DNA of 50,170 bases from a virus (taxonomy: Duplodnaviria > Caudoviricetes). The notes below the pieces were generated by a model. It saw only the letters and a program-made list of their open reading frames with translations, made no database searches and had not been told where the DNA came from. This document shows positions 9,898 through 18,892 of the stretch, one piece after another (position 1 is the first letter of the stretch; every line of letters begins with the position of its first letter). The stretch is taken from the IMG/VR virus record IMGVR_UViG_3300032280_000504, positions 1-50,170 of that record. The stretch is one strand, 5' to 3'. The position numbers were made by a program, and so were the translations under genes.

Positions 9898-10233
9898 CTA
9901 TTCGTCGCAAGTGCAACTTGGTCTCGGGGCCATCAGCATAAACTGGGCCACCACAGAAGACAGTTTTCCTTCGAGGGCATAGATGGTCTTGTGCGGTATT
10001 TTTTTGTCGGTTTCAAACTCGATGGCGTGAAGCACCTCGTGCCAGAACGTGCTAAAGCGCTCTTCAGGCGTTTGACCGAGGACGATGTAGATGGTCTTGG
10101 TTGAGGGGCACGCCACCCCGGCTAGGCCGTCTTCTTTGATACCAGGAATTTTACGACAAAACTTAATCGAGTAGATGGAATCCATGACGAGGATTTCCCT
10201 GGGATACTCACGCATCTTCGGATACATAGTCAC
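9898..10233 (-). CDS. Small zincin-like metallopeptidase-fold protein
   Basis: TFWHEVLHAI (HExxH) motif. Confidence 0.7.
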   Translation of the reverse strand: MTMYPKMREYPREILVMDSIYSIKFCRKIPGIKEDGLAGVACPSTKTIYIVLGQTPEERFSTFWHEVLHAIEFETDKKIPHKTIYALEGKLSSVVAQFMLMAPRPSCTCDE

Positions 10234-10241
10234 CTCGTTTT

Positions 10242-10943
10242 TTAGAACCGTTCGTAGGGAACAAATATCGGCGTGAGCCCATTATCAACCACAACACCCA
10301 CGCCCAACACTGGCTTGTGACGATGCTCCTTGCCGTATTGAAATGCGTAGGACTTGTCGTCAATCAAAGAGCCTACGTTAAAGCCGTAAAATCTTTTGGT
10401 TTCCGTCTTGATAAACGTGATGGCTGCATGCGAGTGAAGATGTCCGATGATGGTATTCATGCCAGCGTCGACGGCTGCATTGCGAGCCCCGTTTTGTCCG
10501 CTGTATCCCATGCCGTGGATCATCAAGATGGGATGCTTGGTCGGGATCTCCCAGCGCTCTTTCCAAACCCAGCCCTTTGGAGCTTCGATGATTTTTTGGT
10601 ACGGAATCAACATTTGAGACGGGATTTGTGCGGCGGCTGCCTTGCGAGCCCAGCGAAGGCCGTGATTAGAGACCGCTAGTTTCATGTCTGGGAAAGCTCT
10701 GTACCAAGCTTTTAGTCTTTGCTTGGTGTCTTCAATTTCAGACAGAGCCGTATGATGTCCGTCTATTGCCTTGTCCCACTGGCCTCCGAAGTAGTGATCG
10801 ACTTCGTCTCCGACATTGTAGATGGCGTTGAGTGGTATTTTAAAGTCTTTAGCGACGGCTTGGCAGAATTTCAACGCGTTCGGCGCTTCGAAGGGAATTT
10901 GCAGATCAGAGATAAACATCAACCGGTCTAGGGTCTTAGTCAT
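10242..10943 (-). CDS. Calcineurin-like metallophosphoesterase
   Basis: Motifs ISDLQ, GDEVD, SNH, IHG and GHLH; ATG at 10943 after GGAGG. Confidence 0.85.
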   Translation of the reverse strand: MTKTLDRLMFISDLQIPFEAPNALKFCQAVAKDFKIPLNAIYNVGDEVDHYFGGQWDKAIDGHHTALSEIEDTKQRLKAWYRAFPDMKLAVSNHGLRWARKAAAAQIPSQMLIPYQKIIEAPKGWVWKERWEIPTKHPILMIHGMGYSGQNGARNAAVDAGMNTIIGHLHSHAAITFIKTETKRFYGFNVGSLIDDKSYAFQYGKEHRHKPVLGVGVVVDNGLTPIFVPYERF

Positions 10944-11018
10944 TGGCACCTCCCGCTTCCACCAGTTTACGGAGGAGCGGGCAGCGGCCAAAATTTTGCC
11001 TCTTTTTTAAACCAAGGC

Positions 11019-11723
11019 TTACAGCTCAGGCGGATAAAAATAATCATACCAGTTGGGACTTATCGGTGGTGCGATGTATTCCACCACAGCATACTTGGCC
11101 AGCATCCCCGCCGGTGTGCAAATGATCCAGTAGCCCGTGCCCCACGTCCCAATGTCGCAGGCAATTGACACGCCCCAAAACGCGACGACACCGCACAGCG
11201 GTACGAAATGTTTTTTGTACTCAGCCGGGCTGATGGCGTAGTCCGGGATCGAATCAAAATGAAAAACGCATGGGATGGCGTAGTTGATCACCTTGATATC
11301 TTCCAAGTGCGTGATGGCCATGATTTCAGGCCCAAGCTTTTCTAGAAGCATGTCGTAGGTCTTCGTGAGAAATTCAGACATGGGCGCATAGTCGCCGATC
11401 TCTTTAAAATGCATATTTTTATGGTTGGTCACGATCGCAAGGAGCAGGCCAGCGTAGTGGCGGTGATATTTATCTTCGAGAGCCTTCGCGTCGCTGCGGT
11501 AGCCTTTTTGACGAAGCTTATGGGACGCGATACTAATCATCTTAGCCAGCGAGGCGTCGACCTTTACCGCCAAGGCGTCTTGATCCATGTCCCGGATGAA
11601 AACTCGAAATTGCTCGACTTCGGATTGCTCGAATGTTTGAACCGCTGGATCATCCGCTGCGACTGAACGAGTCGACGACAGCACGAGAAACGCAATCAAC
11701 GTGATAAGCCTCATCATAGACAC
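11019..11723 (-). CDS. Secreted/membrane hypothetical protein
   Basis: N-terminal signal peptide (LITLIAFLVLSSTRSVA) and a hydrophobic Cys-containing C-terminal segment. Confidence 0.7.
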   Translation of the reverse strand: MSMMRLITLIAFLVLSSTRSVAADDPAVQTFEQSEVEQFRVFIRDMDQDALAVKVDASLAKMISIASHKLRQKGYRSDAKALEDKYHRHYAGLLLAIVTNHKNMHFKEIGDYAPMSEFLTKTYDMLLEKLGPEIMAITHLEDIKVINYAIPCVFHFDSIPDYAISPAEYKKHFVPLCGVVAFWGVSIACDIGTWGTGYWIICTPAGMLAKYAVVEYIAPPISPNWYDYFYPPEL

Positions 11724-11786
11724 CCCCCGATGTATGAGATGCCTTGACTATAGGCTGCTTTGAATTATTCGGTGAGCTTTGACAGC

Positions 11787-12023
11787 CTAGTTGTCAAACC
11801 AGGCAAGGCGTCTACGGCTTTTTGTTTTTGATTTTTTGACGATGTCGAGAAAGTCCATGATTTCGTCGTGAGAAAAACCAGCCTCTAAAAGCAGGTTGAT
11901 CGACTTTTCTTTACCGTGATTATAAACAGGATGATCCGTATTTTTTGCAGCACTCTTTTTTTGAAACGTCGTGTAAATAAAGTTCTTTTTAAACTTGTCG
12001 TCCATGACTAGTTTTCCTTTCAA
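11787..12023 (-). CDS. Hypothetical protein
   Basis: Small basic ORF in the small-gene cluster. Confidence 0.5.
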   Translation of the reverse strand: MKGKLVMDDKFKKNFIYTTFQKKSAAKNTDHPVYNHGKEKSINLLLEAGFSHDEIMDFLDIVKKSKTKSRRRLAWFDN

Positions 12024-12041
12024 CTTGATTTAATGATTGCG

Positions 12042-12239
12042 TCACTCGATTTCGTCGAGCCTTTTTAAGGCTTCTCTAAACCTATAAAACACGGCGTCCC
12101 CAGACCCAGACGACTCGATGTAAACCTTTTGGTGTAGATACAAAGCCTCGGCAGCCAACAAAGCCTCAACGATGGCGTCCCAGTGCTTTTCAACGCACCA
12201 CGAGTTTTTAATGCAGCGATGTAGGTCTTTGATTTTCAA
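12042..12239 (-). CDS. Hypothetical protein
   Basis: Translationally coupled small ORF. Confidence 0.5.
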   Translation of the reverse strand: MKIKDLHRCIKNSWCVEKHWDAIVEALLAAEALYLHQKVYIESSGSGDAVFYRFREALKRLDEIE

Positions 12240-12430
12240 TCAAGCTCCAGGGCATCCAGGGCTTTTTTAAGATCAAACGTCGACACGTCACCTTTGACGT
12301 AAGACCGAGCGGCATCGGCAATAGCTACAAGCCTTTTAAAATGATCGGAGGCCAACTGAATGAATTCAAAGCTTTTGAACTTTGCGCCATCAGTTTGAAG
12401 GTATTCTTTTAATTGATCAATTCTTGACAC
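12236..12430 (-). CDS. Hypothetical protein
   Basis: Translationally coupled small ORF. Confidence 0.5.
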   Translation of the reverse strand: MSRIDQLKEYLQTDGAKFKSFEFIQLASDHFKRLVAIADAARSYVKGDVSTFDLKKALDALELD

Positions 12431-12433
12431 CAG

Positions 12434-12622
12434 TCACCTCAAAACATCATTTAAATAATGTTCGGTTGGGTAGTGCTTTAAAAGCTGTCCTGCACGCCGC
12501 CTAATCTCTCGCGGAATTCTGGGAGTTTTCTTGGGGTCAAGTAATTCCAGCAAAAATTCACGGGTATTAATGACGGCATATTTTCTTTCAAACGGCATGG
12601 TCATCGTTATCTCCCCAAACAT
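12434..12622 (-). CDS. Conserved small phage protein
   Basis: Motif TMPFER...TREFL..L..PKKTPRIPREIRRRA..LLKHYP, recognised as a common small phage family of unknown function. Confidence 0.6.
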   Translation of the reverse strand: MFGEITMTMPFERKYAVINTREFLLELLDPKKTPRIPREIRRRAGQLLKHYPTEHYLNDVLR

Positions 12623-12628
12623 TTCTAG

Positions 12629-12814
12629 TCAGACAGGCTCAACCATAATCCTTTTGCCGCCGTCTGGGTCAATCACGACCATCGCCACGCAGTGCCCGGG
12701 GCTATCGATATAGATGCCATGCGTAACGTCTTCATAAGACGCTTGCACCTTATCGGGAGTGAGCAGCGTGAAAAACTTTATCGGCTCGTCCTCAGTAAGA
12801 AAGATATGTTTCAT
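12629..12814 (-). CDS. Hypothetical protein
   Basis: Likely start MKHIFLTE after a GAGGAG RBS. Confidence 0.5.
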   Translation of the reverse strand: MKHIFLTEDEPIKFFTLLTPDKVQASYEDVTHGIYIDSPGHCVAMVVIDPDGGKRIMVEPV

Positions 12815-13031
12815 CGAACATCTCCTCGTAAATTTCAACCTCGCGCACCAGGTCGCAATAGTCTTCATCTCGAAGGTGTCTTTTTGAAAGCGATGCATAA
12901 CCCACCACGCGGCGAGCCACGTGAAGCTCCGTCACAAGGCTTTTGATAATCTTAACCGGCACCATGGCAGCGTCATCCATCTCAGCGTAGCAGATCCAGG
13001 CCCTCAGTTCGTCGAGATTGACTTTTGTCAC
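12792..13031 (-). CDS. Hypothetical protein
   Basis: Coupled ORF with a GAGGT RBS. Confidence 0.5.
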   Translation of the reverse strand: MTKVNLDELRAWICYAEMDDAAMVPVKIIKSLVTELHVARRVVGYASLSKRHLRDEDYCDLVREVEIYEEMFDETYLSY

Positions 13032-13282
13032 AGCGCCACCTCATTAGACCACGCATTTCCGCGCTCAAGGCTATGGACGGGGTTGCCCTTAATATCAAGC
13101 CATCCTTGCAAAAAAGCTCCCTGTTGGGCCGCCATCCTTGACTTGGGAAATAGCTTAGAGCAAACCTCAGCCAGGCTTGCATTGCCGTATATTTTTCGGC
13201 TTTTTCCCGTAAAGTTTTCAAGGTCAGGCCAACCGTCAAACCGGTAAAGCTTAGAGTCCTTTTTCACGTAATAAACTGCCAC
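13028..13282 (-). CDS. Hypothetical protein
   Basis: GAGGAGG RBS and GTG start. Confidence 0.55.
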   Translation of the reverse strand: MAVYYVKKDSKLYRFDGWPDLENFTGKSRKIYGNASLAEVCSKLFPKSRMAAQQGAFLQGWLDIKGNPVHSLERGNAWSNEVAL

Positions 13283-13388
13283 GACGCACCCTCCTCATCA
13301 TTTTTTTTAACCAACCCATGGCCCCGCACTGAGAGCAGAACCAACCTGTTTCCGTGTAAATCAGCCGAATCAAACACACCGCGCACAT
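13251..13388 (-). CDS. 45-aa zinc-ribbon-like peptide (missing from the ORF track)
   Basis: MCAVCLIRLIYTETGWFCSQCGAMG... has two CxxC motifs; its ATG overlaps the TGA of the upstream gene. Confidence 0.5.
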   Translation of the reverse strand: MCAVCLIRLIYTETGWFCSQCGAMGWLKKMMRRVRRGSLLREKGL

Positions 13389-13582
13389 CAGGTCCCACCC
13401 TCAAAATAGCGATCCAACACATGATTCATCGACATGAGCGTCGCATAAGGCAAAGCCAGCACAATCCCACCGATCATATAAACGGCAGCCGCCACCGTCA
13501 TAAACGGAGCTAAGACAAGCGAGACAAACGTCCGCACGGCTCCCACTGGTTTTTTTGGAAAATTGATAATCTTTGATTTCAT
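13388..13582 (-). CDS. Small membrane protein
   Basis: Long hydrophobic stretch FVSLVLAPFMTVAAAVYMIGGIVLALPY. Confidence 0.55.
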   Translation of the reverse strand: MKSKIINFPKKPVGAVRTFVSLVLAPFMTVAAAVYMIGGIVLALPYATLMSMNHVLDRYFEGGT

Positions 13583-13710
13583 CGAAGCCCCAGTCCATTT
13601 TCAAAACATTTTTTTGAGCAATAAATAATGTCGGTCTCTGCTACCGGGTGAGGCCCTATCGCCGACTTCCAGTGGGGAACCCAATTACAGCCGGGGCAGC
13701 GCTTTGACAT
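13579..13710 (-). CDS. Small Cys-rich zinc-finger peptide
   Basis: MSKRCPGC...YCSKKC; coupled to the next gene. Confidence 0.45.
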   Translation of the reverse strand: MSKRCPGCNWVPHWKSAIGPHPVAETDIIYCSKKCFENGLGLR

Positions 13711-13922
13711 GACGATGCCTTTGGTTCTGCGGCGAGACAGATCATTGGCTGACTGTCTTGGTCCTCGATCCATGTCTCGGTAGTAGTGGAGGAAGACGCG
13801 GTCTGATCCGGGTACAGGCACACGTAGCTTGTCAGCGTCCAAATCGGATAGCCCCCCGTCTGAAGGCAAATCAGAGGCACCGACGTCAGGCTGAGCAAGA
13901 TCAGTAGAGCTTCGATAATCAT
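13656..13922 (-). CDS. Hypothetical protein with hydrophobic N-terminus
   Basis: ATG overlaps the upstream stop; signal-like N-terminus. Confidence 0.4.
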   Translation of the reverse strand: MIIEALLILLSLTSVPLICLQTGGYPIWTLTSYVCLYPDQTASSSTTTETWIEDQDSQPMICLAAEPKASSCQSAAPAVIGFPTGSRR

Positions 13923-14224
13923 CCAAAAGTAAACCCAGAATCATCGTGGTCCTCCCGCGCCGTTACCCTGACGCCGTAAATGTTTATCGCACCATCGGAG
14001 GCTGGCATGATCATCCAAGCATCCGACAAACAAGCCAACATTCTTGGGTGGCAAAAGGCAAACTTGGGGTTGCGCTTTGCGTCGCTTTGAAAGCGTCTAA
14101 AACCGTCTTCAAAAAAATCAATGGCACGTTTCATGTCTCTGCCCTTAAAAATCGATTCATAGTTGGTTCGATACTCCTGAGAGCTTGTCCACTTTGCATT
14201 GGTGTCGGCCTTCACAGATCTCAC
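13919..14224 (-). CDS. Hypothetical protein
   Basis: Coupled ORF. Confidence 0.5.
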   Translation of the reverse strand: MRSVKADTNAKWTSSQEYRTNYESIFKGRDMKRAIDFFEDGFRRFQSDAKRNPKFAFCHPRMLACLSDAWMIMPASDGAINIYGVRVTAREDHDDSGFTFG

Positions 14225-14478
14225 AGGTCAAACCTTGCGTAAAATTTGCCGTTTTTTAAAACCACATCCGAACACTGATCAACCAAGCACCAGTCGTCGG
14301 CTAAGACGTCATCAATCGAGAACATCTTTTGAGAGCAAAAATCTTGAAGCCTACCGACAAAATCGACGCCGCTTATTGCGCGATCATCTTCGGCCGATGG
14401 CCACCAATATTCCACGTCACGGCCGTTTCTAAAAAAAGGCCTTTTGCTTTTAATCGCCTCAACCAAATCCATGATCAC
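14221..14478 (-). CDS. Hypothetical protein (DUF2829-like pattern)
   Basis: MDLVEAIKS...SIDDVLADDW pattern. Confidence 0.5.
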   Translation of the reverse strand: MIMDLVEAIKSKRPFFRNGRDVEYWWPSAEDDRAISGVDFVGRLQDFCSQKMFSIDDVLADDWCLVDQCSDVVLKNGKFYARFDL

Positions 14479-14486
14479 CCTCAGCG

Positions 14487-14726
14487 TTAAATGGAAACGT
14501 CGTTTTCTTGTAAGATGTCAAAAAACTTTTCTCGCACCTGCTCCACGTCATAAGACTTTGGATCTCCGTACTTGCATATAGAGCGCAGCCAGTTTTGAAA
14601 GTCCCAAATGGCAGAATGCATCGCCAAGGCTTGGCTGTGGATCTCATAAGCCTCTTGGTCTTCAGGCAAGGAAAACTCAAAGTGTGCCTTCATGACCAAA
14701 ACGTCCTCAGGTCCTCGCAAACCCAT
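14487..14726 (-). CDS. Conserved small phage protein
   Basis: MKAHFEFSLPEDQE...LRSICKY pattern; likely start at 14693. Confidence 0.55.
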   Translation of the reverse strand: MGLRGPEDVLVMKAHFEFSLPEDQEAYEIHSQALAMHSAIWDFQNWLRSICKYGDPKSYDVEQVREKFFDILQENDVSI

Positions 14727-14814
14727 TCAGAGGCTAGGACCATGTAAGTGCCGACTGCCATCAAAGCCATGCCCAAAACCCAGACTGGCGCAACCACGAT
14801 TTTTAAAGCCAACC

Positions 14815-15216
14815 TCATTGCTTATAAACCCCCACCTCTAAAACTTTTTGCTCAAGTGTTGAAATCAAATCATCAAATTCCATCGCGGCCACGGCATCCA
14901 TCTCCTCTTCGGTGAGAGAACAATAAAGCTCATCTCTGAGGTAAATGAGTAGCTGTGCTGCAATGTAGGTACGCGGGTCGATGTCTTGCGACTCCCAAAA
15001 CTCGAACTCGCCGTGTTGATGAAGCTCCTGATGTTCCTCGTGAGTCAGTGGAACGACGCGGTAGTCGCTGGGCTTTAACCCCATGCCGCCCCAGCCAAAG
15101 CAACGAACGTGGTGAGCCACGACGTATTGACTTGATTGCGACACGATTGATTGTTGCCCTCGCACCCATTCCAAATACTCCTTACTTCTTAGCTGTTTTC
15201 TTTTTTGTAACAGCAT
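14815..15216 (-). CDS. DUF968-like HNH-related protein
   Basis: RSKEYLEWVR...AHHVR..GGMGLKPSD...VPL...HQELH. Confidence 0.75.
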   Translation of the reverse strand: MLLQKRKQLRSKEYLEWVRGQQSIVSQSSQYVVAHHVRCFGWGGMGLKPSDYRVVPLTHEEHQELHQHGEFEFWESQDIDPRTYIAAQLLIYLRDELYCSLTEEEMDAVAAMEFDDLISTLEQKVLEVGVYKQ

Positions 15217-15505
15217 GATGCACCGGACTGACTTTGTATTTGCCAATGACCCAGCATCGCAACGTCTCGGCTGGGATCTTATTGAGGCGAGCAAACATGC
15301 GCAAAGACACGCCGCTTCGTTTATAGCGAAGAACTAGATCAAGCCTTTGTTCTGGCGTGTATTTAAATTTACCTAGTTTTGCTTTTTTGACCCGAGCCGA
15401 TTTTTTCTTGCTTATTTTTTGTTTTGATTTCCAAGCCGAGGCCAAGGCAATCATCCTGGAGATGTCTCGGGCTTCTTCTTTGGAAATAGGTTTGATCTTT
15501 CCCAT
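15182..15505 (-). CDS. HTH DNA-binding protein
   Basis: YTPEQRLDLV...SGVSLRMFARLNKIPAETLRCWV, a homeodomain-like HTH. Confidence 0.6.
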   Translation of the reverse strand: MGKIKPISKEEARDISRMIALASAWKSKQKISKKKSARVKKAKLGKFKYTPEQRLDLVLRYKRSGVSLRMFARLNKIPAETLRCWVIGKYKVSPVHHAVTKKKTAKK

Positions 15506-15543
15506 GCGTCTTAACTGCCTTCCTTTGCAAAATTCATTTACTG

Positions 15544-16062
15544 TCAGCGTCCTGCAAACAGCGGATAGATATACTTGAACCATATTTTTTGCCAAAACGA
15601 CGCGTAAACCGGGACAACCTCAAGCTCGGCCGCTCGGACTGGCAAATCACCAAGGTTTAGCATGACGTTCTTAATCCGGTTTGGGATGTCATCGCTGCGA
15701 AAACGTCCCGAGATTTTTCCGCTGATGAGATCCTCGATCAAGTGCGGGCTGATGCCACCGATCAAAGCAAACTCGCCTGGAGTCATTTTTTTTTCTTGGC
15801 AAAATTCAGCGACAGACAGCCCTAGATCAGAAATCTTTGTCTTTTTTTTCCGAGTAGCCCGAGGCTTGGTCTCCATTGCCGCTTCAAGCTTGACCAAGGT
15901 CTCAAACGACATCTTGTGGTCGTAGGTTCCTCGGTAAAGCGCGGAGATCGTGTTGTGATGAAGGCCGCTTTTCTTGGCAAACTTCGACTGTGACACGCCG
16001 TACGTGTTGATATACCGGCGAAGCCTTAAAGAAATAGCGTCATTAGTTGAAAACAAATCCAT
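15544..16062 (-). CDS. Tandem XRE-type HTH regulator
   Basis: Two HTH-like segments (SQSKFAKKSGLHHNTIS and TPGEFALIGGISPHLI). Confidence 0.7.
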   Translation of the reverse strand: MDLFSTNDAISLRLRRYINTYGVSQSKFAKKSGLHHNTISALYRGTYDHKMSFETLVKLEAAMETKPRATRKKKTKISDLGLSVAEFCQEKKMTPGEFALIGGISPHLIEDLISGKISGRFRSDDIPNRIKNVMLNLGDLPVRAAELEVVPVYASFWQKIWFKYIYPLFAGR

Positions 16063-16073
16063 CTGTTTACTCC

Positions 16074-16439
16074 TTAAAAAGGAAAATCTTGGTCCGTTTC
16101 TTTTTCAGCTAACGACACGCCATCCTTGCGCCCGCCAGCAATTGTCCAATGATCAGCTAACACAGCCTGCTCGGTTTTCTCTGAGCCATCTTTTCCACGG
16201 TAAGCCCTTGCCGAGTGGCGACCGATCACCTGAACAGTCGAGCCCTTGGCTAAGATCTTGGCAGCGGTGGCTGCACTTTTTTCATTAAAGATTTTGACGG
16301 AATACCAAGTCGTTTCCTTCTTGTCGCCGTAGCCATCGTTGACGGCCACAGAAAAGGCGCAGTAGGACTTTCCGCTTTGCGTCGTCTTGATTTCTGGTGC
16401 CCTGCCGATGTTTCCTAGAATTGTGATGTGAGCTGACAT
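16074..16439 (-). CDS. ssb: Single-stranded DNA-binding protein
   Basis: OB-fold motifs (ILGNIGRAPEIK, FSVAVN, TTWYSV, KGSTVQVIG) and acidic DFPF C-terminus. Confidence 0.93.
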   Translation of the reverse strand: MSAHITILGNIGRAPEIKTTQSGKSYCAFSVAVNDGYGDKKETTWYSVKIFNEKSAATAAKILAKGSTVQVIGRHSARAYRGKDGSEKTEQAVLADHWTIAGGRKDGVSLAEKETDQDFPF

Positions 16440-16440
16440 T

Positions 16441-16764
16441 TTATCTCCCCCTGATCGTTCTTTCGTTCATATAGTTTTCAATATCGATTACTGAGTACCG
16501 AATGCTTCTTCTCTTGCCATGACCAAGTGCGATGTACTTTGGTCCCATGCCGCGAAGACGCCAGATGGCGAGCGTGTTGGGCCGACATTTCATCATCTCG
16601 GCTGCCTCGATCGTCGTTAGGTGAAGCGGCCTTTTAGGCTCCACAGGTTGGATGTGTTGCGGCTCTGCGCGCTGTGGCATTTGCTTTGCCAAAGTCGCGA
16701 TCACTTCGCTCATCGCCTGAAGGCTTTGCGCCACCACGTTCAACTGGATCTCTGCTGCTGTCAT
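16441..16764 (-). CDS. Excisionase-like winged HTH protein
   Basis: LTTIEAAEMM...TLAIWRLRGMGPKYI...IRYS..DIENY. Confidence 0.8.
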   Translation of the reverse strand: MTAAEIQLNVVAQSLQAMSEVIATLAKQMPQRAEPQHIQPVEPKRPLHLTTIEAAEMMKCRPNTLAIWRLRGMGPKYIALGHGKRRSIRYSVIDIENYMNERTIRGR

Positions 16765-16788
16765 CGTTGTTTGCTCCGTTCATTGTTA

Positions 16789-16844
16789 GTTAATTATTTT
16801 TTGCGGTCAATAATAAATTGCGTGCACGTTAATTATTTTTTGCG
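16789..16844. promoter_or_regulatory. Two 17-bp direct repeats (candidate operators) overlapping a putative leftward promoter
   Basis: gttaattattttttgcg at 16789-16805 and 16828-16844; minus-strand TTGACC lies upstream of the xis-like gene. Confidence 0.5.
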
Positions 16845-17122
16845 TCGAAGTATTTGGAAAATTCTTGCTCCACATAACAGCCCATTTTTGGCAGGACACT
16901 CGCGTAACTCGATCAGGCCAGCATCAACGGGCCAGCGTGCGGCCAAAAAATTTTTTGATTGCATAATAAGGATGTGCCAAGGTCGGATCGATAAAATCGC
17001 TTTTATTGCGTTTGATGTCAGTTTGTATATCCAATCTAGTAATTTTAATTTACTCGCAACAGAATCGATTTTAGACCCGTTTAAAACGATTTCTGACGGT
17101 GTAGCTACCTGGCTTGGGTGGC

Positions 17123-17335
17123 TTAGCATTGGGTCACCCCCAAAAGCTCTGCCACTTTATTAATCACTTCACGCACTCGGCTCGTGTCGCCGCACCGCAC
17201 CGTGAGCATGCGACAAATCGTTTCAAAATCTTTTTGGCAACGATCGGCATCGGAAAAATTTCGAGACATGTTTTTAGAAAACCTATTCCAGTCATCCAGG
17301 CGCTCGCTGAAAATTTCGTTAACGTGACGATCCAT
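17123..17335 (-). CDS. Hypothetical protein
   Basis: Coupled ORF downstream of the replication genes. Confidence 0.5.
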   Translation of the reverse strand: MDRHVNEIFSERLDDWNRFSKNMSRNFSDADRCQKDFETICRMLTVRCGDTSRVREVINKVAELLGVTQC

Positions 17336-17600
17336 TTTTTTTCCTCCCCGCTCTTTTTTGAACTTTCATTTCAATCTGCCTCCAAGTCCCCTCCCAGCTA
17401 GCCAGCATTGACATCGCCTTGTTAAAAGGAACCTTAGGCGTCAACTCTTGTTCAATTTTCAAAGTCTTTCGCCAAAGCTCCGGGTATTCATACGAAAGCC
17501 TATTGACCACATATTCAGGCGGGATTTTTAAACGCTTTACTCGTTCATAAGCAGCATCGATTGCCACGTGAATGTCGCGCGTTTCGTTTTCGCTCCACAT
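17319..17600 (-). CDS. Hypothetical protein
   Basis: GAGGAG RBS; directly follows the helicase. Confidence 0.55.
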   Translation of the reverse strand: MWSENETRDIHVAIDAAYERVKRLKIPPEYVVNRLSYEYPELWRKTLKIEQELTPKVPFNKAMSMLASWEGTWRQIEMKVQKRAGRKKNGSSR

Positions 17601-17602
17601 GA

Positions 17603-18892
17603 TTAGGACTCCTCATACAAATTAAAAGGCAGGTAATGCATGAGGCGGACGTCGCCTATTTTTCCCTTACGACTTTTGAGGACTTTGGCCACGACCTCCT
17701 GGTCATCAAGTTTTTTCTTGTGAAGAATGATGACCCCGTCGGCGTCCTGCTCAATCGATCCGGAATCTTTGAGGTGATGAAGTCCAGGCCCAGTTTCTTC
17801 GTCAGCTTTTTCAGCCTCGCGACTTAACTGCGCTAATGCAATGACGACGATATTGAGGTCTCGAGCCATTTTTTTCAGCTCTTCAGATACACGGCTAACT
17901 TGAATATGTTTCGTTTCAGCCCCACGAACGCGAACTTGCTGGATGTAATCCACAACAACAACATCGCACATCTTTTCGTAAGCCTTTTGATGAACCACCG
18001 ATACAAGCTGATCTAAAAACCATCCCGATCGTTCATCAATCCAGCCAGAACCATCGACATTTTGCACAAGCTCAAGACCGATGTAGTAAGACCTCTGATC
18101 GTCGGGAGACTCCCAGTTCCCACCAAGAAGTTTTAGGCTGTTTAGGCGCCCCTCGCGAGATATCAGCTTGTTTGCAATATCTTCGGCAGGCATTTCGTTT
18201 GTAAAATAACCGGCGGCATAGCCCTCCTGGAGAACATTTCCAAAAATTGACGTCGCAAATGTTGTTTTTCCGACAGAAGTCCGTGCTGCAATGATGTAAA
18301 GACCGCCACGTTGCATGCCAGCGCCAAGATGCAAGTCTAATTTCGGATACCCTGTTGTAATCCCAGCCGCCGTGCCATCCGATTTTTTGCTGAGAATGTC
18401 CAAATTTTGCTCGTGCGCTTTTGGCACAACCTCGTTCACAAAATCTTTTGCCGAAGATGAGGCTGGTCTTAAACCATTTGCTTTGTCTGCAAGCTCTGAA
18501 ATTTTCGTCAAAACATGCGCCATAGAAACCGAAGGCCTGCAAGCTTTCATTTCACTCAAGATGCCAATAACATCCGGCTCCATGTTTTTTATTTTGTTAA
18601 GCAAAGCTAACTGAGAAATTAAATAACCGAAGTTTACCTCGATGGGAGCGTTTCGGATTAGAGCTCTAACAAGCGCCGCAGATTCTCCGCCTAAAAGATC
18701 GATGACCATCGAGTAACTAAAATCGACGTCTTCATTGGCTGAGACCTTTTCTATCGCCCTCGCGATTTTCATCCGTTCGAGTTCTTCAAAGATCTCGGGG
18801 GAAAATCCATTTTGCTTGGCAATTGGCCAATAGCGACGATGGCTGCTAAGAAGCATGCCAAGAGCGCTGTCGTGAATCTCGTACGTGCTCAC
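17603..18892 (-). CDS. dnaB: Replicative DNA helicase, DnaB family
   Basis: IIAARTSVGKT, VVVDYIQ, LAQLSRE and LKDSGSIEQDAD motifs. Confidence 0.95.
   Translation of the reverse strand: MSTYEIHDSALGMLLSSHRRYWPIAKQNGFSPEIFEELERMKIARAIEKVSANEDVDFSYSMVIDLLGGESAALVRALIRNAPIEVNFGYLISQLALLNKIKNMEPDVIGILSEMKACRPSVSMAHVLTKISELADKANGLRPASSSAKDFVNEVVPKAHEQNLDILSKKSDGTAAGITTGYPKLDLHLGAGMQRGGLYIIAARTSVGKTTFATSIFGNVLQEGYAAGYFTNEMPAEDIANKLISREGRLNSLKLLGGNWESPDDQRSYYIGLELVQNVDGSGWIDERSGWFLDQLVSVVHQKAYEKMCDVVVVDYIQQVRVRGAETKHIQVSRVSEELKKMARDLNIVVIALAQLSREAEKADEETGPGLHHLKDSGSIEQDADGVIILHKKKLDDQEVVAKVLKSRKGKIGDVRLMHYLPFNLYEES

Noticed and set aside
16833-17129. 98-aa ORF as a confident gene
   Set aside because: No recognisable motif, and it overlaps an AT-rich repeat/promoter region; left uncalled.
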